Notes: generated by a model from the sequence alone, not told the origin. Shown: positions 29,613-40,181, counted from the first letter of the stretch. The stretch: DNA of 64,000 bases from Candidatus Bathyarchaeota archaeon (GCA_963827165.1 CAWGZR010000005.1:352001-416000), one strand, 5' to 3'. Numbers and translations are program-made.

Positions 29613-31178
29613 CTAATCAACACTTTTTCCGGCCGATTCCGATTCGGATTCCTGGTTAATAGGTGCAGGATTCTTTACTGAGCCATACTTTAGTCGGCTT
29701 CTGGTTCTGCTAACCCAGTTCATGGCAGGAATAAGCCTATCCTTAACGCTCTGCGGCAAGGCATCTTTAAGTTCCCTATGCAAGCCCAATCGAACCGCAA
29801 ATCTGCCATTCCGAGTCAAAGGAATGTAGTAACGTGTTATCGAATACTTGACGAACCCGTTACTTTCTTTGAATCTGTCAAGTGACGGATGGTTTCCTAT
29901 TCGTCCGTACATGAGCCATCGCTGCCCTCTTGATGCGCAGACTTCAACCGCCTTGGCGAGGAGCGCGTTGTTAACTGCCTTGTCCCAGCGCTTCTGCATT
30001 GAGAGTATCTGTGAAATTATGGCTATGTTGTCGCCATATACTATTTGGATGATGCCCACGAGTTCTTGGTTTAGGTAGGCTCCTACAAAACTGGAGTTTT
30101 TGGCGCCTGCATACATGTTGCCAGCAACGGTTTCCATGGGTTCGAGATAGTGCGGGAAAGCTCTCCCTTGCCGTATGGGAGTTTCGTTATTAATTTTCGA
30201 TATGCCCTCTGCGAGATGCGCGCTTGGTTCCGTGACTGATGCTTTTATGCCGCTTTTCTCAGCCTTCTTAACCATGTTACGAGTTTTCTTTCCGACGTCG
30301 GCTAACCAGCTTTCGTATTCTTTTATTTCAAGCAAGGCAACGTTGTCTTCATCTTTTATCCAGTTGCTCGGAGGATTGGGAATTGTGTAGGTCCATTTTC
30401 GCTCAAGAAAAGTGAAGACATCAACACCCAGCGCATACAGCTTTTCAATTAAATCTTCGTTAGGGTTAATGTCTTTTTCATATTCCTTTACTGAACGCGC
30501 TACCTTCACGAAAGAGTTCTTCCTCACTTGCAAGGCATCAAATTCATTTTCTGGTTCCAATATAGCTTTCAAAACGTCGTAGAAAGGACCTCTGTCTGAA
30601 CCCTTCTTGAACAACCACTCAGGATGCATCGACACTATGAAACCTTGCCGCATCCAAGCCTCAACTTCCACTTTGGATTTGTCAAAACCAACCTGAAATC
30701 GTATTCTGTCCAAGCTAAACGTCTTGAAGTCCTTGTCGTCCTGAAAACACTTCAATGGGAAATCTGAAGGTATTTTGGCTTGTTTTTCACCAATTTTGCG
30801 TCCCCACAGTAGTTGAGCAAACACTCGTGAAGTTCCATGTATAGTGTAGTACTGCACGTTTCTGTCGGTTTCGTTTTCGAGGATTTTCCATTCGCGAAAT
30901 GGATCGGTTGCTACGTGCAAGGCAACTTCGTGGCGTTCGGGTTTGAGCAGTTCCAGCAGTTTCTTGTCAGGGATTGTGTATGGGGTGAAGAACCAGTAAG
31001 CCTTAACACCTTTAGGCGACCTGTTGATCATTTTGGCGATGATGCGAGCATTTCTCAGGTAATCTTTGCTTTTCCTGTTTTTGATTCCAAAAGCTAAGTA
31101 AAAGAAGCTTTTTGACCTTGACGGAAAAGGGTAATCCACATCCAACCTTAATTTTACTTGCGTTGTTTTCTCCGTCAA
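29613..31178 (-). CDS. Fusion of polysaccharide-deacetylase-like and FemAB/GNAT-like domains
   Basis: N-half: LRLDVD, HEVALH, IHG and MHPEW. C-half: KKTRNMVKKAEKSGI, NNALL and SLDRFKESNGF. Confidence 0.7.
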   Translation of the reverse strand: MTEKTTQVKLRLDVDYPFPSRSKSFFYLAFGIKNRKSKDYLRNARIIAKMINRSPKGVKAYWFFTPYTIPDKKLLELLKPERHEVALHVATDPFREWKILENETDRNVQYYTIHGTSRVFAQLLWGRKIGEKQAKIPSDFPLKCFQDDKDFKTFSLDRIRFQVGFDKSKVEVEAWMRQGFIVSMHPEWLFKKGSDRGPFYDVLKAILEPENEFDALQVRKNSFVKVARSVKEYEKDINPNEDLIEKLYALGVDVFTFLERKWTYTIPNPPSNWIKDEDNVALLEIKEYESWLADVGKKTRNMVKKAEKSGIKASVTEPSAHLAEGISKINNETPIRQGRAFPHYLEPMETVAGNMYAGAKNSSFVGAYLNQELVGIIQIVYGDNIAIISQILSMQKRWDKAVNNALLAKAVEVCASRGQRWLMYGRIGNHPSLDRFKESNGFVKYSITRYYIPLTRNGRFAVRLGLHRELKDALPQSVKDRLIPAMNWVSRTRSRLKYGSVKNPAPINQESESESAGKSVD

Positions 31179-32485
31179 GTGCTTTTGAACTTCTCCTTCA
31201 CGTAGTTCATCACGTTTTCAACGCAAGCATCCATATTCAGATACTTGAACTCTGAAAACCTGCCCAAAAGGTCAATTCCCGCCTCATTAAGGTATGTTTT
31301 GACGATTTTGAGATTTGCCTCATAATAAGTATCGTTTAACACGTAAGCATACGTTGAACGCTTAGCTTTGGCAAAGCAAATGGTTTTTTTGTCGATTATT
31401 CCCAAACGGTGCAGGTCGTCTATTGCCTGATTAATGATTTCTTCGTCCTTCATTTTCCAAGTTGCATCGCCTTCTTTGCAGGTTATCTCGGCAAGAACGG
31501 AAGATTTCCCATGAGGCGAAACGAAGGGACTGTAGTTTGAAGGAAAGCTTACACGGTGAGAGAGCGAAGTTTCTTCAGGAATGTAGAGCCAAGATAAATC
31601 GTTGATTTTCGCCACATTCAAGCCTAACATTACGCTAACCAATGAGGTATACTTCAAATCTTCAACCGCTATCCTCACGGCTTTTGGAGCATCCATTGAT
31701 TTGACTATGGCTTGAATAGGCATCGTAGAAATGATTTTGCCGTAAACTTTTTCTTGTTTCCCGTTGGACACAACCCAGCAGTCACCTTCCTTGCGAACTT
31801 TCTTAACTTCAAAACCGGCTACCGCGTTTCCAGCCTGCTTCGCCAGAGAATCGATTACTGATTGGATGCCGCCCAGAAGGGGATAATAAAAGAGTGCCTG
31901 GTGAGTGTAACCCTCTGTTTCTATTCCGAGAGAAGATCTCACGATGTCGGCAACAGGAGGGTTGGGAACGCGTTCCACCCAATCCAAAGTTAGGTCCTCA
32001 AGCGGGTGCTTCCAAATTTTCAGATTATATGGAACGAGGTATTTCTCAGCTATTCCGCTGCCAAACGTGTAGGTGAACCATTCTTTGAGGTTTTGGGGTT
32101 TTTTGATCTTGGCTTTTTCTTTGGCAAGCAATTTTTCGATAAAGGAGTAGAGGCATTCGAAGTTTTCCTGCTTAGGCAAATCTGATAGCCCATTCTCAAA
32201 CGGATACTTAACGTACGAACCATTGTAAAGTACTTTGGTGTTCCGTTTCTGCCGAACTTTGTTTTCGCCGAGAACATTTAGAATGAAATCCAAAGATTCC
32301 TTGTTTTTTGAGAATATAACGTGGGAGCCACCGCAGTCAAATGCAAACCCATCTTCCTTAAGGGTTCTCATTAAGCCGCCTAATGCAGCCTCTTTCTCTA
32401 AAACTTCGGTATCGACCCCTTTTCGGCTTAACAGGTATCCCAACGTTAACCCCGTTAGCCCGCCACCGAAGATTCCAGTCCTCAA
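31175..32485 (-). CDS. Flavin-dependent oxidoreductase, UDP-galactopyranose mutase/PPO-like
   Basis: GGGLTGL, EKE...GGLMRT...FDCGGSH, PYNLKIW, FYYP..GG and LGRFSEFKYLNMD. Confidence 0.85.
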   Translation of the reverse strand: MRTGIFGGGLTGLTLGYLLSRKGVDTEVLEKEAALGGLMRTLKEDGFAFDCGGSHVIFSKNKESLDFILNVLGENKVRQKRNTKVLYNGSYVKYPFENGLSDLPKQENFECLYSFIEKLLAKEKAKIKKPQNLKEWFTYTFGSGIAEKYLVPYNLKIWKHPLEDLTLDWVERVPNPPVADIVRSSLGIETEGYTHQALFYYPLLGGIQSVIDSLAKQAGNAVAGFEVKKVRKEGDCWVVSNGKQEKVYGKIISTMPIQAIVKSMDAPKAVRIAVEDLKYTSLVSVMLGLNVAKINDLSWLYIPEETSLSHRVSFPSNYSPFVSPHGKSSVLAEITCKEGDATWKMKDEEIINQAIDDLHRLGIIDKKTICFAKAKRSTYAYVLNDTYYEANLKIVKTYLNEAGIDLLGRFSEFKYLNMDACVENVMNYVKEKFKST

Positions 32486-32565
32486 GCATCCACCCACTAT
32501 ACTTCTCGCTTTAATTTGCTAACTAGCTCCGACCGATTAAGCCTTTCTACCTGACGCCGCAAAGA

Positions 32566-33455
32566 CTATAAATCGAAGTCTCCGTAAACAGGGTGAAAAA
32601 CCCCCAAATCCGCATTGGCTCTGATTTGCGACCGCGTAATTCCTGCAGGGTCAAACGTGCGGTTGACCATTGGGAAATTCAGCTTCGCCACCGAAAACCC
32701 CAAGCCAGTTATTACAGTGGGCAAGCGCATCTCGCAGAAAGCTGAAGGCATCTTTTGCTCTGAAAGCTTCCGCAAGACTTTGCGGGAAAGAAAATGTCCA
32801 GGGAAAAAGCTGCGCGTAGATAGTTCGGCGTTGCATTTTGGTTTTTTAGCCATTTGCAGAACGGAATGTTTGGAGCCGCTGGGTGGTCTGTCCAGGTCCA
32901 AGACAGGCTCGGCGACTCGGTAAGTTGACGAATCCAGCATCGAAGTCAAGGTAAGGGCCGTACAGTCTCTCGATTGTTTGAGTTAGCAAACATGTCATAT
33001 TCAGAGTAGACGGCGATATTCGAAATCGATGTTTTTGCCGCTTGTTGTGAGAACCAGTTTATAATGGCTAAATCCTGATTTAGCTTTCCGACGGGCGTGA
33101 AGTCGCAGTAAAGTTTCAACCCGATTTTTGGAGAAAACCCGCGAGAGCTCGCTAGTTGATTTCGGCGGCGGAAAGATTCAACATGCCTGTTCAGCGTTTC
33201 CGTTGATTTTGAAAAGGATTTTTGATTTGCAGCTTACCCAATCAAAGTTTCCCTGGTACCGATTGGGAAGCTTGGGGATGGGAAGACTGATTGTTTGGGC
33301 AACCCCGAAAACCGGAACCACATTACGTCGGGGTTCATTTTTTGAAAGCGCATCAGCCGATGTAGAGATGTTTTGTCGGTGCGGTGGAAAGTGTACAGGA
33401 GAAGGTAACGCACCTTTAACTGCATCCCCGAAGCGTAAGTGCAATTTACCCTCAT
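32566..33455 (-). pseudogene. Multiply frameshifted glycan-related hypothetical gene (sequence errors or decay)
   Basis: Protein-like segments across frames: RYLLLYTFHR, NPDV/VVPVFG, LKLYCDFTP, NQDLAIINWF, EYDMF and FCEMRLPTV. Confidence 0.5.
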
Positions 33456-33778
33456 TTTTAGTTAAATGAAATCGGCTCTGGGTAAATTGAAGCATGTGTT
33501 TTGATACAATGCTTGAATTATAAAAGCTTTACAAAACTCGAAATTTTTGTTTATTTGCCCAAGTTGGCACGTTCATGGCTCGTGGAGTATATGTTTGTGT
33601 TTGCTCTAAGGGTACGAATAATAGGGTTAAGCATCTAAGGAATGACGATATACTTTGCCAATACAAGACAATCGGTTTGGAGCAATTTGCGACGAAAACG
33701 GCGTTCCTCAAGAGCGATCAGCAAAATCTAAAAGGACAAGGATTATAGGCGTTACCCCAACTAATAAGCCCGTATATT

Positions 33779-34807
33779 ATGCCAAACGACCAAAAAGCGC
33801 CCCAACTCAACCTACCCTCAAGTTTCAGTGCTATGGCTAAACTACAACAGCATGCATGTGATTGAAACCACCAAAAAATCGTTAAACAAGCATAACCGCG
33901 CCTTGACTACCCAAATTTTGAGATTATACTTATAGACAACGGATCCACCGATGGAAGCAGAGAAGTAATTGAAAAATACCTGAGAACTCGAAGCATCGTG
34001 GAAAGTTTTCAATGTCACTCTTGTTAAGCTCAGCAAAGAACGTGGGGTTTGACTGATGGAGTAAATGCTGGCTACAAGGCGGAGAGACAGAAAGTCAGAA
34101 TACGTCGCGGTAACCCACAACGATGTGCTGGCCAATCAGAGCTTATCTGCGTGAGGTCGTCGGATACATGCTGAGCACACAAAGATATAGGGGCCGCGCA
34201 AGGCATCGTAAAAAGGTTGGCGTTCGCCCAAGCTTGATAGTGTGGGGTTCATGCTTGATGAAGCCCTGGATCTTTTCCGCCTAAGCGAAAGCACCAGACT
34301 TTACCCCCAAAAAAACCCTTTACCTTTCCTATGTTGAAGGCAGCAATGCCAGTCTACAGTGTGTCAAGCGGTAGAGTCCGCCGTAAAAAATGAAAATGAA
34401 ATATTTGTTCCAGGCGCATTCATGTATTACTTAGAGGATGTTTTCATTTCTATTGAACTTTGGAGCAAAGGCTACAAATGTGTTTTATTGCCTATTTTCC
34501 CACGGGAGAACATCTAAGAATGGGCGTTAGCGCGCAAACCGAATCCATAGACCTTGCTCATTACCGCATTAGAAACCAGATAGCACTGCTATGCATGACT
34601 AACAGCGCCGACAAAGTGCGGGTTATCCTGCAGAATCTTCGGAGAGCGGCAGTAAGCAGAGGCAGCCTCGCCTTTCGCCAGATGATACTAAGAAGCTTGA
34701 TTGAAGGAATAAGGAATGGAAGACGGCTTCGCAAAATATACGGGGAAATCGACCTGTATAAAACCCCGATGCGAAGGAAGTCCGTGAAGAACCGTTTCCG
34801 AATTTGA
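33779..34807 (+). pseudogene. Multiply frameshifted GT2 glycosyltransferase
   Basis: Segments across frames: PQVSVLWLNYNSMHV, LDYPNFEII, DNGSTDGS, SEYVAVTHNDV, FMYYLEDVF and HYRIRNQ. Confidence 0.7.
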
Positions 34808-34811
34808 CTGT

Positions 34812-35621
34812 CTAAATGCCGTACCAACCTTTCGCTAGGCCGATGTAGTTTTCAAGTTGCTGTTTGCCCGCTGTGAAGTCGCCCGTCGCCATAATTATCC
34901 AAACTGATTTGGGAATAGCTAAACCTACCCGAAGCAGTATTTGGCGGTTGGTGTAGGATTTGACTTTTCTTGCGAGTTTGCCGTTTTCCACGAACTCTTT
35001 CCAGGTCATGCCTTCATGGAAGTAGTGTAGGCAGCATGGTTCACGGGTTTTCATCCACTCGTAACCTTTGGCGACGACATGTTGCCCGATGTAGTGGTCT
35101 TCCCACTGGTGCAGGTCAGCAGGTATCTTGATGTCTTTAACGGCTTCTGTCCGCAGCAACGTGTCGTGAGTCAGGTACCGTTTTAGGTTTCTCTGCGCCA
35201 TGATCCAGTCAATCGTGTCTTTGCGGTAAAGCATCGCCATCGACTTGTTCTGGTTGTAAATGTGCTTGTCGCCGGGGATTGTTACTCCCCACAAGCCGCC
35301 AATTTTGGGAGTCAAGTGCTGCTGGGCTTGTTTGAACCAGTCTTTGCATAAGACAACGTCCGAGTCTACATGCAGGTGCCATGTGGTTTGAGCGGCTTCA
35401 ATGCCTTTCTGTCTTGCCGTCGCCCTGTTCCCGCCGACATCGTCGATTACTACGCAGTTAGGATAGGTCTTGGCGAGTTCCAGAGTACCGTCGTTGCTGC
35501 CGCCGTCAACAACCAGCAGACGCCCCACCGGTATATTTGCGTAGACGGCGTCCAGGCATTCCTTTAGGCATGGCTTCATGCTGTTCTTTGTCAGAAAGAC
35601 AACGTCAACTTTTTCACCCAA
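34812..35621 (-). CDS. GT2 glycosyltransferase
   Basis: LTKNS, VVDGGSNDGT, ATARQKG, HVDSD and WED. Confidence 0.9.
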   Translation of the reverse strand: MGEKVDVVFLTKNSMKPCLKECLDAVYANIPVGRLLVVDGGSNDGTLELAKTYPNCVVIDDVGGNRATARQKGIEAAQTTWHLHVDSDVVLCKDWFKQAQQHLTPKIGGLWGVTIPGDKHIYNQNKSMAMLYRKDTIDWIMAQRNLKRYLTHDTLLRTEAVKDIKIPADLHQWEDHYIGQHVVAKGYEWMKTREPCCLHYFHEGMTWKEFVENGKLARKVKSYTNRQILLRVGLAIPKSVWIIMATGDFTAGKQQLENYIGLAKGWYGI

Positions 35622-35701
35622 AGCAGGCGCCTTTTATTCACTAAAGAATAAAGAGACTTAATTTAGTTTTCTGGAAACCCACCCGCAAAAAACTAGCAAA
35701 C

Positions 35702-36529
35702 TTAAGCTGCTAGCCAACCTACTAAGATGAACACGTTGCTGATGAAGTTCGATTTGGAAGCCTGAAAATCGCCAGTCACCGCTAGAATCCAAATTGACTT
35801 AGGAATAGACGTCAGAGTCCGGCGGAACACCCGGTTCAGCCGATCATAATGGTAGACTTTCAGCAAGTAACCTGTGGTAAAGTAGCCACTTGTTCGTTGC
35901 ACGGGGGTGATGTTGTGGAAGCAGAAGGGTTCTTTGACTTTGCGGAAGTCGTACCCTTTTTTTATGATGTGTTTGCCAATGAAGTCGTCTTCCCATGTGT
36001 GCAAATCGGGCGGAATCCTAATGTCCCGCACCGTGCTCGTTCTGATTAATGTGTCATGCATCATATAGCGCTCGCTCCGCATCTGCCGAACCATCAGATC
36101 CTTGACGGTAGTATGATAAAGCTTGGCCATGGCGTAGGCGGCGTTGTAGTAGTGTTTTTCGTTTGGAACTGCAACACCCCAGACGGCACCCACGTCGTCC
36201 GCAACGTTTTCCCAAGCTTTCTTGAACCATTCTTCACAGAGAATGACGTCTGAGTCAACGTGGACGTGCCAGTCGGTTTCCACGGCTTCGATTCCCTTCT
36301 GCCGAGCGGTTGCGCGTGAACCATGCGGGTCTTCAATAACCTCAACGTTCGGGTACTTGCGCACCAACTCCAACGTTCCATCTGTGCTGCCGCCATCGAC
36401 GACGATGAGTTTGTTGACGGGTACGTTGCGGTAAATGGACTCTAAGCATTCAAATAAACAGGGTTTTAGGCTATTCTTGGTTAAAAGCACAACGTCTAAC
36501 TTCATCGGGTTCACGCGAGCGGTCGCCAT
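35702..36529 (-). CDS. GT2 glycosyltransferase, tandem paralog of 34812-35621
   Basis: Same motifs: LTKNSLKPCL, VDGGSTDGT, RATARQKGIEA, HVDSD, HDTL and WED. Confidence 0.9.
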   Translation of the reverse strand: MATARVNPMKLDVVLLTKNSLKPCLFECLESIYRNVPVNKLIVVDGGSTDGTLELVRKYPNVEVIEDPHGSRATARQKGIEAVETDWHVHVDSDVILCEEWFKKAWENVADDVGAVWGVAVPNEKHYYNAAYAMAKLYHTTVKDLMVRQMRSERYMMHDTLIRTSTVRDIRIPPDLHTWEDDFIGKHIIKKGYDFRKVKEPFCFHNITPVQRTSGYFTTGYLLKVYHYDRLNRVFRRTLTSIPKSIWILAVTGDFQASKSNFISNVFILVGWLAA

Positions 36530-36605
36530 TTATTATCTCTCTTTTCGTATTAATGTTGTCATACTCTAAGAAAGAGTCCGCCAGAAAAAGCTTGCCGCAA
36601 AAGGC

Positions 36606-37490
36606 TTAGCCGCATTGGTTGGGCTCAGTGGTCTCGTTCTTTTCTCCGGCAAGCGCCTTTTCTAACGCCACAGCCCTTGCCGCGACCTTCGCCACTTCCG
36701 CTTTCACAACTTCATCTTTTACCTCTTCCTTGCGCTTCTCATTAGACTTCAGAATTAACCGCAGGAAATCCGAGTCATAAGCATCCAGCAGCAGTTCCGT
36801 GTTCGGAATCAAGCAATGCCCGCCGATTACCCCCGGAAACATAACAGGTCTGTCAAACCGTACTCGATGAGTATCCTCAAGAAAATCAACCGTTTCGTTA
36901 AAGTCTGCGCCGAAAGCTCTGGAAATGCGGTGCATCTCTTGGAAGCAAGCAATCATCCAAGCACGGTAAGTTGTTTCGAAAAGTTTGGCGAGTTCTGTTT
37001 CAGTGCAACTTTTGAGCACCGTCACTTTTAACCCGAGTTTTTCAAAATGGGCTTGGGCAGCTTCTGCAGCAACCACGTCTGCGCCGCCGACATACTTGGT
37101 CCAACGTTTCATTTCCCACAACATGTGCTCTGCATTTTTGTGCACGCCGCGCGACGGTGAATGAGCGACTGAACAGGTACATTTCGCTGCAACCTTCAAG
37201 GTTGTTCCAGGCGGAACCGTGCTGTTGACAATCAACAGACAGGGCTTAAACTCCTTAATGTATCCCGCGACAGCGTTTAAGAATTTTTCTTGGGATCCGC
37301 AAGGCAAACAAATATGCAAGGTATCTACCGATCCGGGAAAGCGGCTTCTGCTTTGACCCAAATTTTGCATTTTCGCCTCGTCTAAATCCAAGCCATAAAC
37401 GCTGAAGCTCTTTTCCTGTTGGTTCAGCAAAGCGAAGAGGGTGTGCCCAATTTCGCCTAATCCAACAATCAGGACTGTTTCTTTGGTCAA
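36606..37490 (-). CDS. NDP-sugar dehydrogenase family protein lacking the C-terminal UDP-binding domain
   Basis: VGLGEIG, NSTVPPGTT, HSP, ELAKLFET and GGHCL. Only 294 aa. Confidence 0.85.
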   Translation of the reverse strand: MTKETVLIVGLGEIGHTLFALLNQQEKSFSVYGLDLDEAKMQNLGQSRSRFPGSVDTLHICLPCGSQEKFLNAVAGYIKEFKPCLLIVNSTVPPGTTLKVAAKCTCSVAHSPSRGVHKNAEHMLWEMKRWTKYVGGADVVAAEAAQAHFEKLGLKVTVLKSCTETELAKLFETTYRAWMIACFQEMHRISRAFGADFNETVDFLEDTHRVRFDRPVMFPGVIGGHCLIPNTELLLDAYDSDFLRLILKSNEKRKEEVKDEVVKAEVAKVAARAVALEKALAGEKNETTEPNQCG

Positions 37491-37563
37491 ATACTTGCAT
37501 CCGCCTTTGGAAATTCAATGTTTATCTTAAACTATTTAAATCTGGAGCCCGCATGGAGAGTTT

Positions 37564-38082
37564 ATGCTGAATCCAAAGAGAGGCGTAGGCATAGTTACCG
37601 GTGCCAACGTAGAGATAGGCAAAGATGTTGCCATTTGGAATTACGTTGTGATCGGAGACGGCGTAAAGATCGGCGACGATACCCTCATAGGAAGCTTCTG
37701 TGACATCGGCAAAGAGGTGGTAATTGGCAAAAGATGCAACATTCAAGCGCACGTAACCATTTCAAACGGCTGCATACTAGGCGACAACGTGTTTATTGCG
37801 CCTAATACCTCACTCTTGAACGACAAGTATCCAAAAAGCACTTTCATGACTCCACCAATCATCAAAGACAACGTTGCAATCGGTGGAGGAGTCACCATAC
37901 TACCAGATGTAACAGTTGGAGAGAAGGCTGTGATTGGCGGAGGAAGCGTCGTTACCAAGAATGTGGCGCCGAAAATGGTGTTAAGTGGCGCTCCAGCAAA
38001 AGTGATTATGACTTTAGAGGAATATGAAGAAAAACGTGACAAATTCATAGCTTCACGGATAGGCTGGGTAATGGAAAAATGA
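37564..38082 (+). CDS. Hexapeptide-repeat N-acetyltransferase (WbpD/WlbB-like)
   Basis: Left-handed beta-helix repeats, FIAP...NDKYP and GGGSVVTKNV. Confidence 0.85.
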   Translation: MLNPKRGVGIVTGANVEIGKDVAIWNYVVIGDGVKIGDDTLIGSFCDIGKEVVIGKRCNIQAHVTISNGCILGDNVFIAPNTSLLNDKYPKSTFMTPPIIKDNVAIGGGVTILPDVTVGEKAVIGGGSVVTKNVAPKMVLSGAPAKVIMTLEEYEEKRDKFIASRIGWVMEK

Positions 38083-39053
38083 AAATTTGGTACGATGCCT
38101 GCACCGGCAAACACTTGAGGTATGGGTCGGCCATCGGACAGCGACTAAGAAAAGCGGGACATGAGTACGTTTTTACTACTCGCGAGCACCCAGACACACT
38201 GCCGCTAGCCAAGATTCTCGGAGAAAAACCCATCGTCATAGGCAAATACGACCCATCAACACTTTCCTCAAGGCTCAAAGAAAGCGCAGAGCGAGTAATA
38301 GGGTTCGCCGAGCTTTTCAACGATAAAACGCCGGACGTCGCCATCGCACATCAATCAGTAGAACTTTGCCGAACAGCGTTCGGCCTAGGAATCCCAATCA
38401 TCTTAACCGCCGACACACCTTACGCCTCAGCCGTCAACAGACTAACCATCCCCTTTGCTCACACGGTTGTCGTGTCGGAGGCGCTACCGAAAAGCTTTGT
38501 CACGCAACACTGCGCCAAAAATCGCATGCCATTCAAAGGAGTCGATGAGGTCGCATGGATTAAAAACTTCAAACCAAGACAAATCGATGACATAAAGAAA
38601 CCTTTGATAGTCATCAGACAAATTGAAACCAAAGCCGCCTACGCGGAAGGCAAGCAAGACCTTGCAAAACTGATGGCGGAAAAACTGGGCAGGATAGGCA
38701 ACGTTGTTTTCATCCAAAGATATGGTAGTCAAAGCGAAAGCTTCGTGAGAAAAGAAGGGTTTGTGGATTCAGCAAGCCTGGTTGCGAATGCGGATTTAGT
38801 TGTCAGTTACGGAGGAACGATTGCGAGGGAAGCAGCTTTGCAGGGTGTGCCAAGCATTGCAGTTTCGGACATGGCGAAAACCTACGTCAACCATTACCTG
38901 ACCAAGAAGGGGTTCCCGCTGTTTCCAACCACAGAACGTGGTGTAATGGCTTACGCGAAAAAGTATCTTGGCAAGAAATTTGACGTTAAAAGCAAACTTG
39001 CAGATTTAGAAAACCCCGTAGATGTAATTGAAAAAGTTGTCCAAACCCTTTAG
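38079..39053 (+). CDS. DUF354 GT-B fold protein
   Basis: MKIWYD...KH, FGLGIP...DTP and GGTIAREAALQGVPSI. Confidence 0.85.
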   Translation: MKIWYDACTGKHLRYGSAIGQRLRKAGHEYVFTTREHPDTLPLAKILGEKPIVIGKYDPSTLSSRLKESAERVIGFAELFNDKTPDVAIAHQSVELCRTAFGLGIPIILTADTPYASAVNRLTIPFAHTVVVSEALPKSFVTQHCAKNRMPFKGVDEVAWIKNFKPRQIDDIKKPLIVIRQIETKAAYAEGKQDLAKLMAEKLGRIGNVVFIQRYGSQSESFVRKEGFVDSASLVANADLVVSYGGTIAREAALQGVPSIAVSDMAKTYVNHYLTKKGFPLFPTTERGVMAYAKKYLGKKFDVKSKLADLENPVDVIEKVVQTL

Positions 39054-39829
39054 GCAACCGCTACTCTGATTTTGTCCCCAGCTTTTAAGAAAAGCTTTTC
39101 GGCCGCGCTTGCCTGGTTTAAGGCGATCTCGAGAAAACCGTGGCTACCGATCAAAAGAATGGGCTCATGGAGAGTTGCCTCGGCGTATGCCTTTCCAAAG
39201 CGGATCTTCAATGATGCATGAGTTAATTCTACGTTGACCGTTTTGCCTTCTATGCAAACTACCTCTTTTTCGGTTATGTTTGTGATTGCGTTGCCGAAGC
39301 CATCCACATCTAAAACCTCGCCGGTTAAGACGCCGCCGCTAAACTTCACTTTGGCGAATTCGGGAGTTACCAAGTCACTTATTTCTGGCCCAAACTCGGC
39401 GGGTTGAACGTTTTTCTCTAAATACGCAGCTGCGGGCGCAAAAATGTCTCTACCGTGAAAAGTACCAGAAACCTTAGGCATCATGAACTTTTGTTTAGAC
39501 AACTGGTACACGTGCTGGACGCCTTGGCTTTGGGCCGCCAAATTCAAGACGCCGTTGTCAGGTCCGACAAAGCAGCCCCTTTTCGTCTGCATCACTATGG
39601 CGCGTCTGTCCGTACCCACGCCTGGATCCACCACCGCCAGATGGACAGTACCGTCAGGAAAGTACGGTGCAGAAGAAGCCAAGGCGAAAGCAGCGGCTCG
39701 AACATTAAATTTCTCGATTTCATGCGTTATGTCGACCACGACAGCGTTGGGGGCTATGGTCAAGATTACGCCGTTCATTTCTGCCACGTACGGGTCCCGC
39801 AGCCCAAAATCACTGGTTAAAGTAATCAT
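39050..39829 (-). CDS. SAM hydroxide adenosyltransferase (DUF62, fluorinase/chlorinase family)
   Basis: ITLTSDFG, VVDPGVGT, GPDNG, TFHGRDIFAP and DGFGNAITN. Confidence 0.92.
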   Translation of the reverse strand: MITLTSDFGLRDPYVAEMNGVILTIAPNAVVVDITHEIEKFNVRAAAFALASSAPYFPDGTVHLAVVDPGVGTDRRAIVMQTKRGCFVGPDNGVLNLAAQSQGVQHVYQLSKQKFMMPKVSGTFHGRDIFAPAAAYLEKNVQPAEFGPEISDLVTPEFAKVKFSGGVLTGEVLDVDGFGNAITNITEKEVVCIEGKTVNVELTHASLKIRFGKAYAEATLHEPILLIGSHGFLEIALNQASAAEKLFLKAGDKIRVAVA

Positions 39830-39832
39830 GAT

Positions 39833-40117
39833 TCAACCGCCGTGTACAATGGGAACAAAAACAACTTCATCCCCATCGCATAACATGGTTTCTGAGCCAC
39901 CAAGAACGCCGATTTCCCTGCCGTTAACCAAAATCAAAGCATTAGACATTAAATCGCCTGCCTGTGTGTCACCGAAGGAGGTTTCCAACTTCGGAGTCTG
40001 CTTACTGATTTTTACAAGCAGCTCTTTGACCGAAATCTCTTTTTCAAAATCGATGGTCAACTTGGTTTTGCCGGTGATGTGCCGCAGGGCGCCGACGAAT
40101 TTTATAGTTAGCACCAT
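39833..40117 (-). CDS. MoaD/ThiS ubiquitin-like small archaeal modifier (SAMP)
   Basis: ILVNG...L.DGDEVVFVPIVHGG with a C-terminal GG. Confidence 0.92.
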   Translation of the reverse strand: MVLTIKFVGALRHITGKTKLTIDFEKEISVKELLVKISKQTPKLETSFGDTQAGDLMSNALILVNGREIGVLGGSETMLCDGDEVVFVPIVHGG

Positions 40118-40181
40118 TGCTTTCCGCTTGAAAAATAGAATCGTTGTTTACGTTAAAATTGTTTGCGCGTGAACCGCAAAA

